From positions 19,778,001-19,842,000 of the forward strand of contig NC_043004.1 of NCBI RefSeq assembly GCF_006345805.1: a stretch of DNA of 64,000 nucleotides, read 5' to 3'. Shown here piece after piece: positions 13,994 through 27,012 of this stretch. The DNA comes from Octopus sinensis (lineage: Eukaryota). The translations under genes were made by a program, and so were the position numbers. The notes under the pieces were generated by a model. That model was not told the origin of the DNA. It made no database searches and was given only the letters and a program-made list of their open reading frames with translations. How positions within the stretch are numbered: position 1 is the first letter of the stretch; each line of letters opens with the position of its first letter.

Positions 13994-14078
<85 letters not shown>
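13885..14078. repeat. (TAA)n/(TAG) tract, 3' flank of the Dong element
   Basis: Directly visible. Confidence 0.95.
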
Positions 14079-14079
<1 letters not shown>

Positions 14080-14559
14080 CACAAGCAATTGTAATAACAC
14101 ACTGTGCATGTATTATTATTATTGGTGTAGTTATTCTTCCTAGACACAACAAAATATGTATTCGAGTTTATTCAAATACATCATTCAAATTCGTGTGTAT
14201 ACATATATGCTATAAAATTAAACTCATCGCCAACAATGCAATATCTTCATTGCGCATATGATATACTACAGATAGAGGTTAGAAACACCGGTGCTACATG
14301 AAATTTGATATTGGCTTCAGAATTATAACAGAAAGGTATTTCTTAATCCAGGTCAGAAAAACAAACCAGAAGGTCTCTTCGTATTTTCTTCAAGTGTCAT
14401 GTTAGTGTTTATTTAGGTTTCTCTTCCTCTCGTCATAATTTCACGAAGTGTTATACCACACTCACGCCATTTAAACGATGACGTTGTCATCCATTATTAA
14501 AGCTCTGGTTGACTGCGAAGACTTTCGCACGAAACATTTTCTATTAGGCTTTCTTCCTT

Positions 14560-15000
14560 GAATTGTGTACCATCGCTGGATGTCATCGGTGGGAGGCTTA
14601 CTTTTTCGATGATAGTCATGTATTTAGTTGTCTTCACCAGCACAAGCCGTCCGCTTTTTGGTTGCAGTATTTTCAGTATTGACAAGGGCAGAGAAATATA
14701 CGCCCTGCATACATCCTGACCGCTTCTGCTTAGTGGTGAGAACTTTGATAGGGGTCAATCTTTGCTTAAAGATGTATTCCACTATAGTCACAAAGGGAAA
14801 AGGCACTATCGTGTCTCCTTCACGTATTCCTTCTTTCTTGTTAGAAGCCGTTTGATTGGGCCGTCTGTACTTTGTACACAGTTTGATGGGTTTTCTTACA
14901 TGATGTTGACAGCTTCGACTCTCATCTGCAATGCCACACTTCAATAAGATATGTAAAATGAGTCTTCGGTTAACACTATCAAATGCGATGCATCAATCCA
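14560..15000 (-). mobile_element. degenerate RT fragment of an RTE/RTEX-like LINE
   Basis: Minus strand reads AFDSVNRRLILHILLKCGI...EGIREGDTIVPFPFVTIVEYIFK, resembling RT motifs AFDSV and GVxQGDTLAPFLF. Confidence 0.55.
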
Positions 15001-15116
15001 AACCTAACAATGCTGAATGTAAAAACTTACTGTTCTTTCGCCATTGGTCAATTCTGATCATAATTATATACATTCTATCGGGTGTTGTTTCACGACTTCA
15101 TTATCATTGTGTATCA

Positions 15117-15900
15117 GGACAATTACCCCACCAGGAAAATTCCCCCCGACAATGACGACTACACCCCCCAAAATTACTTCCTCACCCATATATCATGAAG
15201 TTTTAAATCATCATCTAAAAGTGAAAATTATACGCGATTCTTCGCAAATATTGTATCACATTTATGATTTCATAATTGCTAACTACGGCATTAATACGGA
15301 CTAAAACATCTAAATATTTTTTATACGTTTGGTTTTTATCCACACGTAAAGCGCATCGGTGTTTAAAAGACTTATAGAGCAATGGGTCCTCATCTGGTGT
15401 TTTTGTTTTTGAGGTGTGTGTGGTTTCAAAATGCCTTGTTCTACAACTATGAGATGTATTGTTATCGTTACGATAATTAACAGCAAACATATTTCGTCTA
15501 TATTACACTCCTTATTAGATTGAAAATAACATTATCAAAACATGAAGGTAAAACAACTAAATATGCTTTGCTTTCTTCTGGATACCACTGTACTGTAGCA
15601 GTAGTCTTTCACGTTGTTCACCGACCGACATTTCTTCCCCAAAAAATCAGTGGAATCATTCAAACTTCATACACAATATTTTTCCTCCTGAAACCTAGAA
15701 AAAATACACACATTAATCACACCTTTCACTAAGCCACACAGAAATTTTTCAAGTAACTTATACGCCGGAAAATGCGGTACACAACGGGGTTTAATTGCTT
15801 AGGTGTAATTGTCCTAGCGGGTAATTGCCCTAGAGGGTTGATGTTCATAGGGGTAAATGTTCTTTGGAGGTGGGGTTACTGTCCATGGGGGTAAATGTCT
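15117..15900. mobile_element. non-autonomous DNA transposon (MULE/foldback-like) with repeated subterminal motif
   Basis: Terminal ~13-bp IR GGACAATTACCCC / GGGGTAAATGTCT and ~5 copies of GGGGTAA(A/T)TGTCC at the right end. The internal part recurs inverted at 18958-19255. Superfamily assignment is inference. Confidence 0.5.
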
Positions 15901-16899
15901 TGGACTCGTCGAAAGTATTGCTGCTATTTCTAGCATACCTTCCAAAGTAGTGGAAAGATTATCTTGTAGACAGTAAAATATGTAGACAATTAAGAAAGTT
16001 GACATCGTTATTGTGTACACTACTGAAATACCCAACATAAATAAATAGCATGTAAATGTTATATTTATCGCTTAATGAGGTTCGAGATTCACTCTACCCT
16101 ACCAGAAAGAAAAAAAAGGAATTATTTCATGTTCTCTCGAAAGTTTACAAATTCTTATAACCTCACAGAAAAATTAGTTTTGTAAAACGATAAAACTGAA
16201 TTTTCAGTGATGGGTAATAAGATGGAAAATCCTAGGTTACTATAGCTACATGCTTAAAATTGCATTGTCTCTTATGAATGAATCTTGATAAAATAAGCAT
16301 AAATAGATTTGGACACAACTACTGAGATTATGAATTTTATATTCCTTTTCTCTTGGTTTTTGGCGTTTAACCAAATTTTATATATTTGATTCTAAAGTCA
16401 AATAACTACAAGAACAAATATGTATTTTGGTACCAATTTGAAAGCAATTGTAAAAGAAAAGTGAAAACAAAATTAAGATTATATCTGTGAAATTATAAGC
16501 CTAACTCTTCATATATAAACTAGGTAATCATAAATATTTTCAGGGATTCAATTACTTAAAAATTTTAAAGTAGAAATGAAAAATCACTTCAGACAACCGG
16601 GAAAGAAAATGAAAAGACACGTAACAGTATGAAGTGATAATGAAAAATTAGATATGTACAAAAATAGATATTTCTGGTGCATTGCATTAAGATTCTTTCT
16701 TTAAAATATGGTTTCTGATGTCAGTCTCGAATACAGCCCATATTTGAAGACAGAAATTAGTGAGTGAAATTGTAAATCTAAAATCGCTACATAACTATTT
16801 TTTTCTTTTTTCCGCTTTTCGAGTGAGACAAGAATTCTACATTGAAACGAAATTCCATTAAGATTTCTTCCTCAGATGTAAATACACAAGCAATATGTA

Positions 16900-16989
16900 T
16901 AGGTATGTATGTATGTATGTATGTATGTATGTATGTATGTATGTATGTATGTATGTATGTATGTATGTATGTATGTATGTATGTATGTA

Positions 16990-17075
<86 letters not shown>
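16900..17075. repeat. (TATG)n + (TA)n microsatellite
   Basis: Directly visible. Confidence 0.95.
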
Positions 17076-17082
<7 letters not shown>

Positions 17083-17628
17083 GTGTGTGTATCAGTATGT
17101 GTGCATATGATTGTGCACGTACGTCGGTGTAGGAGCGTCCATGTGTGTGTGTGAGTGCGTGTGTGTGTATATGTATGATTGTATGTATTTGCACACAAAA
17201 TAGGCACACACGCATACATACACATACAAACATACGTGCACGAACACACACATACACACACATATCTATAAATACTTACACATAGTCACATGGGCATATA
17301 TCTATGCATACGAATAATCGTATGTGTCCGAGATTGGGAAAATTGTAGAAACAAAACAGTGTGTATAGATTCATGCATGTCACTGTTGCACATGTAAACA
17401 TACACGTTTGCAACTATAGTTATTGTATATTTATATAACCTGAGAATAATACACAATATCTTACCACGCAACCAGATTCTTTAACAAAATACATCATGTA
17501 TATAACTAAAAGCGAACATACGAGTCCACTTTCTCTGTCTCTCTCTTCTTTTCTCTCTGTCTCCCTCTCTCTCGTTCTCCCTGTATATATTCACGCATGC
17601 ATACATGCATACATGCATGCATACATAC

Positions 17629-17677
<49 letters not shown>

Positions 17678-17829
17678 ATAATATATATATATTTAAATAA
17701 GTTATCGTTATTTATAAAAACAATGATAGAATGACCAGTAAACAATCCAAATATGGAAAATATGTACTAAATGTCAGGGTACAATATGTATCTACTTGTT
17801 TAAAAGAATAATAAAACTGTCCAAAACTA

Positions 17830-18298
17830 CGTATCGCGGTTTCGATTCCCAGACCGGGCATTGTGAGTGTTTATTGAGCGAAAACACCTAAAGCTCCACG
17901 AGGCTCCGGTAGGGGGTGGGGGGTGGCGAACCCTGCTGTACTCTTTCACCACAACTTTCTCTCACTTTTACTTCCTGTTTCCCGTTGTACCTGTATTTCA
18001 AAGGGCCAGCCTTATCACAATCTGAGTCACGCTGAATCTCATGAGAACTACGTTAAGGGTACACGTGTCTGTGGCGTGCTCAGCCACTTGCACTTTAATA
18101 AATGTGCTGCGACGTCACTGGTGCCAAGCTGTATCGGCCCCATTGACTTTCCCTTGGATAACATCTGTGGCGTGGAGAGGGGAAGCTGGTATGCATGGAC
18201 AGCTGCTAGTCTTCCATAAAGAACCTTGCCCAGACATGCGCCTCTGTGTGTAACTTTCTAGGTGCAATCCCATGGTCATTCATAACCGAAGGGGGTCA
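17830..18298 (+). mobile_element. tRNA-headed SINE-like element (possibly a chimera of two families)
   Basis: B-box-like GGTTTCGATTCC at the 5' end, GC-richer body, and a tail ...CTAGGTGCAATCCCATGGTCATTCATAACCGAAGGGGGTC recognised from memory as an octopus repeat. Confidence 0.55.
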
Positions 18299-18957
18299 CA
18301 ACAATATATATATGTATGTATGTATGTATGTATATATTACTCCATCAAAAACCTGCTTTTGCAGTTAAATTATAATTTAAATTTTGTTTCGGTGAAAAAA
18401 TACCAAGATGTGGTATGTGACCCTTCCATTTCGGCAACAAAGAAAAGTGTGAACGCATACCGAAGTTTAGTTACTTTTCATGTCTATGGGTCATAGAACA
18501 ATTAACAGACAATGCCATTTTATGGTATTTCTTTAAATAGATTGACCAGAGAAAGGATAAGAGGAAGACATAGCCCCTACTCCATTATGCCGGCCACAGT
18601 CTGATGATGCTGACTGTTGAACCAGTTTGGAGGATAACTATAGTAATAATAACAATAGTCCCTATTCCTGGGATGATTACAGTGTAGTCAGTAGTATCCG
18701 TGAGCATCGGGTAAGTCATCTTCATGGATTCATTTCGCCAGGTGATATATTACATTACCGGATGTTTTACGATAAGTCAAAATACATGTGAAATGGCCGG
18801 TTGGTGCTTTCGGAGTAGTGACCGGTGCACTTGGAACACCGTCTGCATAAATCTGCAGACATTTGCTCATATCGCAGATGGGTAAGTTGGCTATTTTGCA
18901 GGGATATTTCTTCAAAGTGGGCTTTTTCTTGCTACCGGCGTTTGTCGGTAACAAGAA

Positions 18958-19255
18958 AAGGAGTTTAATATTGACGAAATGTGTTTGTTGTTAATTATCA
19001 TAACAATAACAAAATATCTCATAGTTTTAAAATAAGGCACTTTGAAACCACATACACCTCAAAAACAAAAACGCCAGCTACAGACCCGTTGCTCTATAGG
19101 TATTTTAAACAGCGATGCTCTTTACGTGTGGCTAAAACCAAAAATAAAAATAAAAATATTTAGATGTTTCAGTCCGTATTAATGCCGTAGTTAGCAATGA
19201 TGAAAACATAAATGTGATTCAATATTTGAAAAGAATCGCGTATAATTTTCATCAC
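18958..19255. repeat. inverted copy of the internal part of the 15.1-15.9 kb element
   Basis: Reverse complement aligns by eye to ~15230-15510; the ORF track shows homologous peptides at 15215..15490(-) and 18981..19163(+). Confidence 0.85.
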
Positions 19256-21008
19256 TGAAGAATGTTAGTAAAAGATGCCAGGTGCCTTAGGGTTCTGAGT
19301 ATTTCAAGGAATTAGTGATTTTGGTAATCTGTTTAGTAGTGCCACACACTGTGCTAACTATTTCCATGGATGCCTCAAAGTATGGATGATATAGATTCCA
19401 TTTTCCTTGCTACTGCCAATCCTTGCACCGCCACCAGCCTGTCAGGTATCTGTATAAACCTAAAATTCTGTTCATGTTTGCTTCTGATGATAGACATTTT
19501 CACCTGAAATATACAAAGCTATTCCTTTTCTGCATTTTAAGAAGTCCTTTGTTTTCACTCCACCTCAAAACATGTATGTTTGTTTTATGTCAACCTACAT
19601 ATAGAAACAATTTATTATTAAACTGAAGGATGACGCAATGCAATGTAGCAGAGTGTGCGTTAAACTTTTACAAGGAAAATGTCGATAGCAGCGTATGTCT
19701 TTAGCAATGGAAAATCATCTAAGAATGTAGAGAAGAGATGTACTTCAGTCCTCAATCTGTCGATGTTATTTAGGTTGTATTCGTTTTTGACGACTCGACC
19801 GCCATCTCTATAGTAACCATCTGAAATAGATCGTTCTGTTTAATCTGCGGGATACTGAAGCCCATTTCCTCGCATTGTAGTTTTCAAATGAAGTTACCTC
19901 CTAGCTGGCCCATGATAACTCTTGAGTTCATCTAGCGCCTATCCTCTAGCGAGTAGATTACGTTCCCGCTTCGATTATATTATCCTTTCGTAGGTATCAG
20001 TGGTCTAGTGCTTTTGTAGTTTGATTGTATCTGCTATGCGATACAGCTCGCTATCATTTTGCAGAATACGGAGCGTACAAGTACTGCTGGACCGTACATG
20101 CCGAAAGGTTCACAGACAAGGCGTTGACTCGTGCAGTTGCTGAGTAATATACAAAAGATCAGAAAAGGTTACACGGAAGGCGTCCTCAACGATGGCAAGA
20201 TAATTCATTATAGCATGGAAACTTTGGAAAACTTGATGTTTCGATAACGCTGTATCTCCACAGCGGAACATACACTAGATCAATAAATGTGATAAGCGTT
20301 GGAGGCTCTTGCTTATGACATCAGCAAACACATTATTTGGTAATGCGTTCTGAGATCCACTAAACCGATTATAAATCTTATGTGCATGGTGGACAGCGGG
20401 AATTAAATCTATGCCATGCATATTCATTCTTAATATGTTCCGGCAGTTTAGAAAGTGATTACGTTAATTTCTGTTGTGTTCATGGGGAAAACGCGTGTTT
20501 ATTACTGTAAGGCGACTCTCAGAAGCTCCTTCTTCCGACATCATTGAATCCCATTAGCCATAGGCACCCTCGACTAACGTATTTAAGCAGTGCTAGTGAC
20601 TTGTTTATAACTTCAGCCAACAAATTAATTTGATGCGTGTTGAAATCTGCTTACTGACAATGAATCATTATATGTACAGCATACAGTAAGAATTAAAACG
20701 ACGACTGTCATGTTTGTTCTTAATATGATCACCCTATGTGGTACCTTTGGCAAATATTATTTTCTATATCCTCGTGTCGACTTATAGAATGTGAGTGAAA
20801 GTGTGAAACCCTTTGTGGAAGCATTTGGGTCTTTTACTCGTCATTCACATTCTCCTCTGAAGCTTCATCCTGCTGATTCTTCCTTTGGTTTACATGAAGT
20901 GTAGACGTGCCCATGCCGTACTTAGTCATTTACATGTTAACTTAGCAATAAGTGATGAAGTTGATCGAGAAACAGAATCTTCACTCGGCGAACGACCTAG
21001 GTCAACTA

Positions 21009-21594
21009 ACATATGTATATGTGATTGTGTGTTAGTGTGTGTATATGTTTGTGTGCGTGCTTTTTTGTGAGTATATCTATGTATGTGTGTGTGTATTATT
21101 GTTGAATATAAATCCTTTCTGTGCTATTCATAAGGTGGTAAATCAAAGAGAGTTTCTTGAGGGACCGCCTCAAAGTCAACACACAAAAAATGTGTTTACA
21201 TCCTTTGTAGACTCACAGTGTGACTTTGTAATATTTACCTTTATCTCAGTTCTTCTTAATATCGTTGTGCTGTCTATAAAATAGATTAAATAATAATGAA
21301 TCATCATAGACAAAAAAAGCCACATAGTCCATCTGTTAATGTACTAATCTAATGTGTGACTGCTTTATACTATTGATTGGGGAAGGAAATCTAGTAAGTG
21401 TTCTACGTGGCGCAGTCAATATGCCACGAAGATATCCGTCATATATTCATATTTATATATGTATACTACATACATATATACATGCATACATTGATACTCC
21501 ACCTGCCTTCGTCTTTTGTTTATTTTCGTAAACCTTTCCCGTTATATATATACACACACACACATATATATATATATACATATAATATGTATAT

Positions 21595-21661
<67 letters not shown>

Positions 21662-22395
21662 ACTTTCTCTTTCTCTCACACATACTAGTTAGTTTTCTCT
21701 GAGGCGCAGTCAACAAGCCATGAGAGTATCCGTCATATATATGTACATACATTCATATATATTTTTTTTTTCATGCATGCCCACATATACAAATAGATAC
21801 AGTGCTACTTCTACTCACCCATCTTAAACTGCATACAAAAGATGACCAGTCAATATTCAGCAAAGAATCACTCACAAAATACAGACTACAGTCTCTAACT
21901 AACAGAAAAGTCTGTCATTTTGACTACCAATTATATTTTTGCTACTATTGCTTACTACTATAAATATTCCTATCAACACTCATGTTTACTCAGAATAAAT
22001 ATGTAATGTTCCCACATCAACAATACTGTGTTTCTCTGCCTAAACACTACTCTCAGCACTTCACTCAATTATTCAAAGCCAGAGTATTAATCTTATGTAA
22101 CTTCTCACCGCCAACGACTCCGTCGTAGAGAACCTGGAAATCATGTGACTAACGTCATAAACATTAATAGTAATTCAAAAAATGTTTCATAATCAGATAA
22201 CCTAAGCTTAATAAATTCAATGTGAATGATTCCTGCTTCCTAATAATCCTAAAATAATAGGAGCAACGTCTGAAATCTTGTATGACGTGGGTTAGTCAAT
22301 CAAATCGATTCAGTGCTTCCCTGATACTTATTTTATCAACCCTGAAAGTTGAACTCAATGGAATTTGAGCACAAGAGGTAATCCGGAAGAACCTT
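21009..22395. repeat. 1.39-kb segmental duplication, copy 1
   Basis: Near-identical to 24115-25499; the ORF track repeats the same 81-aa peptide at 21039 and 24145. Confidence 0.97.
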
Positions 22396-22445
22396 CTGCG
22401 AAGTATTATTGTCCAGTGTGTTAACGTTTCTGCCATCTCACAGCC
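22270..22445 (-). mobile_element. old degenerate tRNA-derived SINE (family 1)
   Basis: Reverse complement starts GGCTGTGAGATGGCAGAAACGTTAACAC, similar to the family-1 head GGCGGCGAGCTGGCAGAAACGTTAGCAC. Confidence 0.6.
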
Positions 22446-23807
22446 TTCCTGCTTCCTAATAATGAAATGGGTTTATTCAACATCAGCGTTAATTCAATTC
22501 ATTTATAGTGAAAAGCTGCTCCTTATAAACTCCAAATGATTAAACGATATCATACGTAGTTTAGAATACATGTGACTAAGATCTAACCCCAACGATGGGG
22601 CTTTATACTTTTTTGGAATACCGACATACAATATATTGAAAATATTCGAGTATAACTGCTTTCTACCATTAAGATATTATTTTCTCGCAAAATATAATGG
22701 AGTGGAATAACTGACTGAACTCAAGATTGAAAGTCATTATATAGATTCAAATCAGAACGATCCTACTGAACATGCCTCCGCTTTACATCATTCTCCGGTT
22801 AATATAATAAAAACGACTAATATATTATGATTTGCCTAATTGACAATATTCTCCTCTGAAACATTAGTGTCACTTAAGCAGTCAATATTACAATAACGCC
22901 AATAATCATTCAACTGTCACTTCGAGACTTCAAATGACATCCAATTAGAATTATCGCAAAACGGGTCACATAAGAACGAATCCTATAACTATAATTAATG
23001 ACAAAGAAATATCGAAAATTCGATGTCGAATATTGTGGATCAAGCCTGAAGAAGAAGGATACATAAATACGTCTCAACAGTCATAATTGGTTCCACCGTG
23101 CATTACTGGTCGATTAAATATGCATCTGTAATGGTCTCAAGACGAAATAAGAACAGAAGAGTTTATGTGGTATATTTCGTCATATATTATACATAATCAA
23201 ATCAGGTAGTTTGTGAACAAAAGAGGAATAGGATACTGTCTAAACGTTGTAGAATGCATTTTATTTATCTAAACCTATTTCCTTTGTCTTGCTATCAAAT
23301 TTCGCAGCACTGTAGCAAGAAGTGATTTGAAACTCGAATAATAAGACAGAGAAATTAATTTCGTGCACGCATATACACATACTCTCCTACACACGTTTAT
23401 GTATGCACATGTAAAAACAATATATATATGCAATATAAAGATGTATTCACATTTGACCAACAACAAATGAAAGAAAAGAGGAAGAGAGATACAAGACAAA
23501 CCCGTCACACGATTTGATGAACATTTCCAGAAAGTATTGAAAGTTAAACAGTGGTGATGCAACTACGAAATGCTAACATCTTTAAAACTATATAATTACA
23601 TTCATTGTTCATTCTTTGATATATTCTTTGGGTGACACGTTATTAGGCCTATGGTGACTGTACGGAAACATTCTTAGGCTTACGAAATGTATAACTCATT
23701 ACAGACCTAATCACACTCTCACACACAAACACACACGCACACAGACACATACACACACATAGACACATACACACACACACGCGTGAGCGCAAATTTTCTC
23801 GCATCTT

Positions 23808-23955
23808 TGTGTAGCTGTTAGCTTGCTTCGGAACCAGATAGTTTCGAGTTCCGTTCCACTGTGTGGCTCCTATACCAGCTGCCGGCTACTGTAGCACAGC
23901 GCCACCAAAACCAGATGAATGGATTTCGTAGACGGAAAGGGCAATAAACCTGACG
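23808..23955 (+). mobile_element. 5' part of family-2 SINE
   Basis: tRNA-like head AGCTTGCTTCGGAACC..TTCGAGTTCCGTTCCACTGTGTGGC followed by GGATTTCGTAGACGGAAA. Confidence 0.6.
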
Positions 23956-24026
23956 TGTATGAGTGTATGTATGTATACATACATGTATGAGTGTATGTAT
24001 ACATACGTGTATGAGTGTATGTATGT

Positions 24027-24092
<66 letters not shown>

Positions 24093-24114
24093 GTGTGTGT
24101 GTGCGTGTGTATAT

Positions 24115-24697
24115 ACATATGTATATGTGATTGTGTGTTAGTGTGTGTATATGTTTGTGTGCGTGCTTTTTTGTGAGTATATCTATGTATGTGTGTGTGT
24201 ATTATTGTTGAATATAAATCCTTTCTGTGCTATTCATAAGGTGGTAAATCAAAGAGAGTTTCTTGAGGGACCGCCTCAAAGTCAACACACAAAAAATGTG
24301 TTTACATCCTTTGTAGACTCACAGTGTGACTTTGTAATATTTACCTTTATCTCAGTTCTTCTTAATATCGTTGTGCTGTCTATAAAATAGATTAAATAAT
24401 AATGAATCATCATAGACAAAAAAAGCCACATAGTCCATCTGTTAATGTACTAATCTAATGTGTGACTGCTTTATACTATTGATTGGGGAAGGAAATCTAG
24501 TAAGTGTTCTACGTGGCGCAGTCAATATGCCACGAAGATATCCGTCATATATTCATATTTATATATGTATACTACATACATATATACATGCATACATTGA
24601 TACTCCACCTGCCTTCGTCTTTTGTTTATTTTCGTAAACCTTTCCCGTTAAATATATATACACACACACACATATATATATATATACATATAATATG

Positions 24698-24765
<68 letters not shown>

Positions 24766-25499
24766 ACTTTCTCTTTCTCTCACACATACTAGTTAGTTTT
24801 CTCTGAGGCGCAGTCAACAAGCCATGAGAGTATCCGTCATATATATGTACATACATTCATATATTTTTTTTTTTTCATGCATGTCCACATATACAAATAG
24901 ATACAGTGCTACTTCTACTCACCCATCTTAAACTGCATACAAAAGATGACCAGTCAATATTCAGCAAAGAATCACTCACAAAATACAGACTACAGTCTCT
25001 AACTAACAGAAAAGTCTGTCATTTTGACTACCAATTATATTTTTGCTACTATTGCTTACTACTATAAATATTCCTATCAACACTCATGTTTACTCAGAAT
25101 AAATATGTAATGTTCCCACATCAACAATACTGTGTTTCTCTGCCTAAACACTACTCTCAGCACTTCACTCAATTATTCAAAGCCAGAGTATTAATCTTAT
25201 GTAACTTCTCACCGCCAACGACTCCGTCGTAGAGAACCTGGAAATCATGTGACTAACGTCATAAACATTAATAGTAATTCAAAAAATGTTTCATAATCAG
25301 ATAACCTAAGCTTAATAAATTCAATGTGAATGATTCCTGCTTCCTAATAATCCTAAAATAATAGGAGCAACGTCTGAAATCTTGTATGACGTGGGTTAGT
25401 CAATCAAATCGATTCAGTGCTTCCCTGATACTTATTTTATCAACCCTGAAAGTTGAACTCAATGGAATTTGAGCACAAGAGGTAATCCGGAAGAACCTT
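24115..25499. repeat. 1.39-kb segmental duplication, copy 2 (truncates the SINE and abuts the PLE)
   Basis: Identity with copy 1 ends at GGAAGAACCTT, directly joined to the PLE GIY-YIG. Confidence 0.97.
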
Positions 25500-26035
25500 A
25501 CTATAATTAATATTTAGTGATTTAAGACTCCAAATGTACTTACTAAGTCCGGTTGAGTTGATTAAGTTTTTATTTTTAAAAGAATTCATATGTTGTGCGA
25601 TTCTTAGTTTTATTTTTGAGGAAGTAGAACCTATATAAACCGCTTTTGGGTAATTATTATTCTTAAAGTTATTATCATGTAATGTAACTATACATTTATA
25701 CACTACATCGTTAATATCACAATTATTATTTAATATACAATTAGATTTATCTCTACATGTACAATTAATATAAGTCTTATCATTATTAATATTATTATCA
25801 AATAATTTCTTTTTATAAAAATTATTCAGTTTATATTTATTAAATGAAGAAATAATGTTACCAACATTATTAGTGGTAGAGTAACCAACTCCAAAATTAT
25901 TAAAAGAGAAAATGTTTCTATATTTATGATTATCTCTAATAAATAGTTCTATAACATCTAAAATCTCTTTAATAATATTCGTTTTTACTTGATCTCCATA
26001 AGGAACTATTAACCAAATTTTATTCTTATTAACCT
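25500..26035 (-). mobile_element. Penelope-like element: linker + Cys motif + GIY-YIG endonuclease (C-terminally truncated)
   Basis: KIWLIVPYGDQVKTNI...CTCRDKSNCILNNNCDINDVVYKC...YIGSTSSKIKLRIAQHMNSF..STGLSKYIWSLK; one frameshift. Confidence 0.85.
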
Positions 26036-26400
26036 TAAGACCATGAAGATAATTTTTATTCAGACCCTAAAGTTAGATTAATTTGCCCATGTAAATCGGA
26101 CCTAGGTAAATTAAGTAAATTTATTTTAGATAAATATATTGATAAGTTAAATAAACTTAATTATTTAAAATTATGGTTTAGTAATAATAATACATTGAAA
26201 TGGTTTAATAATATTAAAGATAAAAATCGTTATAAATTTATTCAAATAGATATAGATAATTATTATTCTTCTATTAATGAAATTGTGTTTAATAAAGCGC
26301 TTATTTTCGCAATGAATAAAGTGGGTATGTCACGGGAAGAAGTTAATGTAATTAAAATGGCTATTCCCTAATATTTATTATTTATATAATATTGATAATT
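26030..26400 (+). mobile_element. Penelope-like element: N-terminal part of the RT domain
   Basis: DHEDNFYSDPKVRLICPCKSDLGKLSKFILD...KWFNNIKDK..KFIQIDIDNYYSSINE..FNKALIFA; open frame lacking a start, so absent from the ORF track. Confidence 0.85.
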
Positions 26401-26436
26401 TTGTATATTGAGTGTAATACCTCAATTTCGTAAATT

Positions 26437-27012
26437 ATGGATTTTACAGGTAAAATAGAACCGCTGTTTTGGGATTCATCTTTGAAAGATATTCCTATTC
26501 CTTCTAGAAAGGAATTTATCTTGAAACTTGTTAATAATGTTAAATATTTTATTTCTAGAATTAAATGGAAAGCTTTTTACTATAATTTTTATTTATTTAA
26601 TGATATTGATAGTAGGAATGATAATTTTACCTCTAAATTTAAATCTAGAAAGGAACCTCCATTTAATAAAGAATTACAATTACTTGAAGATAGTATATGG
26701 AAGGTGGTAAAAAATATTGAATTCCATAAATACCCAAATAGAAATAATGAATATTTAAGGAATTTAGCAATTAAAATTAAAGATATGAGAAATATGGATG
26801 GTATTATAGTACAATCTGATAAAACAAGGAACCTATATAAATTAGATGTTAAATTATATGATAAACTATTAGGGAAAGAAATAATTAAAAAATATAAAAT
26901 TGTTCCAGATGATATTCTTTATAATATTAATAAGGCCTCTAAAGTAGTAATAAAGAAATTTTATTTTATAAGTATGATAATTTACTTAATACTGGTGAAG
27001 AGCGCAAAATAA
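26437..27012 (+). mobile_element. Penelope-like element: N-terminal ORF region
   Basis: SLKDIPIPS..KYFISRIKWKAF..FKSRKEPP..NIEF..VQSDKTRNLY..YDKLL, typical of the region upstream of the PLE RT. Confidence 0.75.

Noticed and set aside
19260-19510. Minus-strand splice acceptor with downstream frame (VYTDT*QAGGGARIG)
   Set aside because: Stops in all frames and no convincing donor.
20060-20450. Very degraded RTE-like RT remnant
   Set aside because: Only scattered residues match across several frames; too weak to annotate.
21009-25499. CRISPR-like or satellite interpretation of the repeats
   Set aside because: No short repeat-spacer periodicity anywhere; eukaryotic context; the repeats are duplications or microsatellites.
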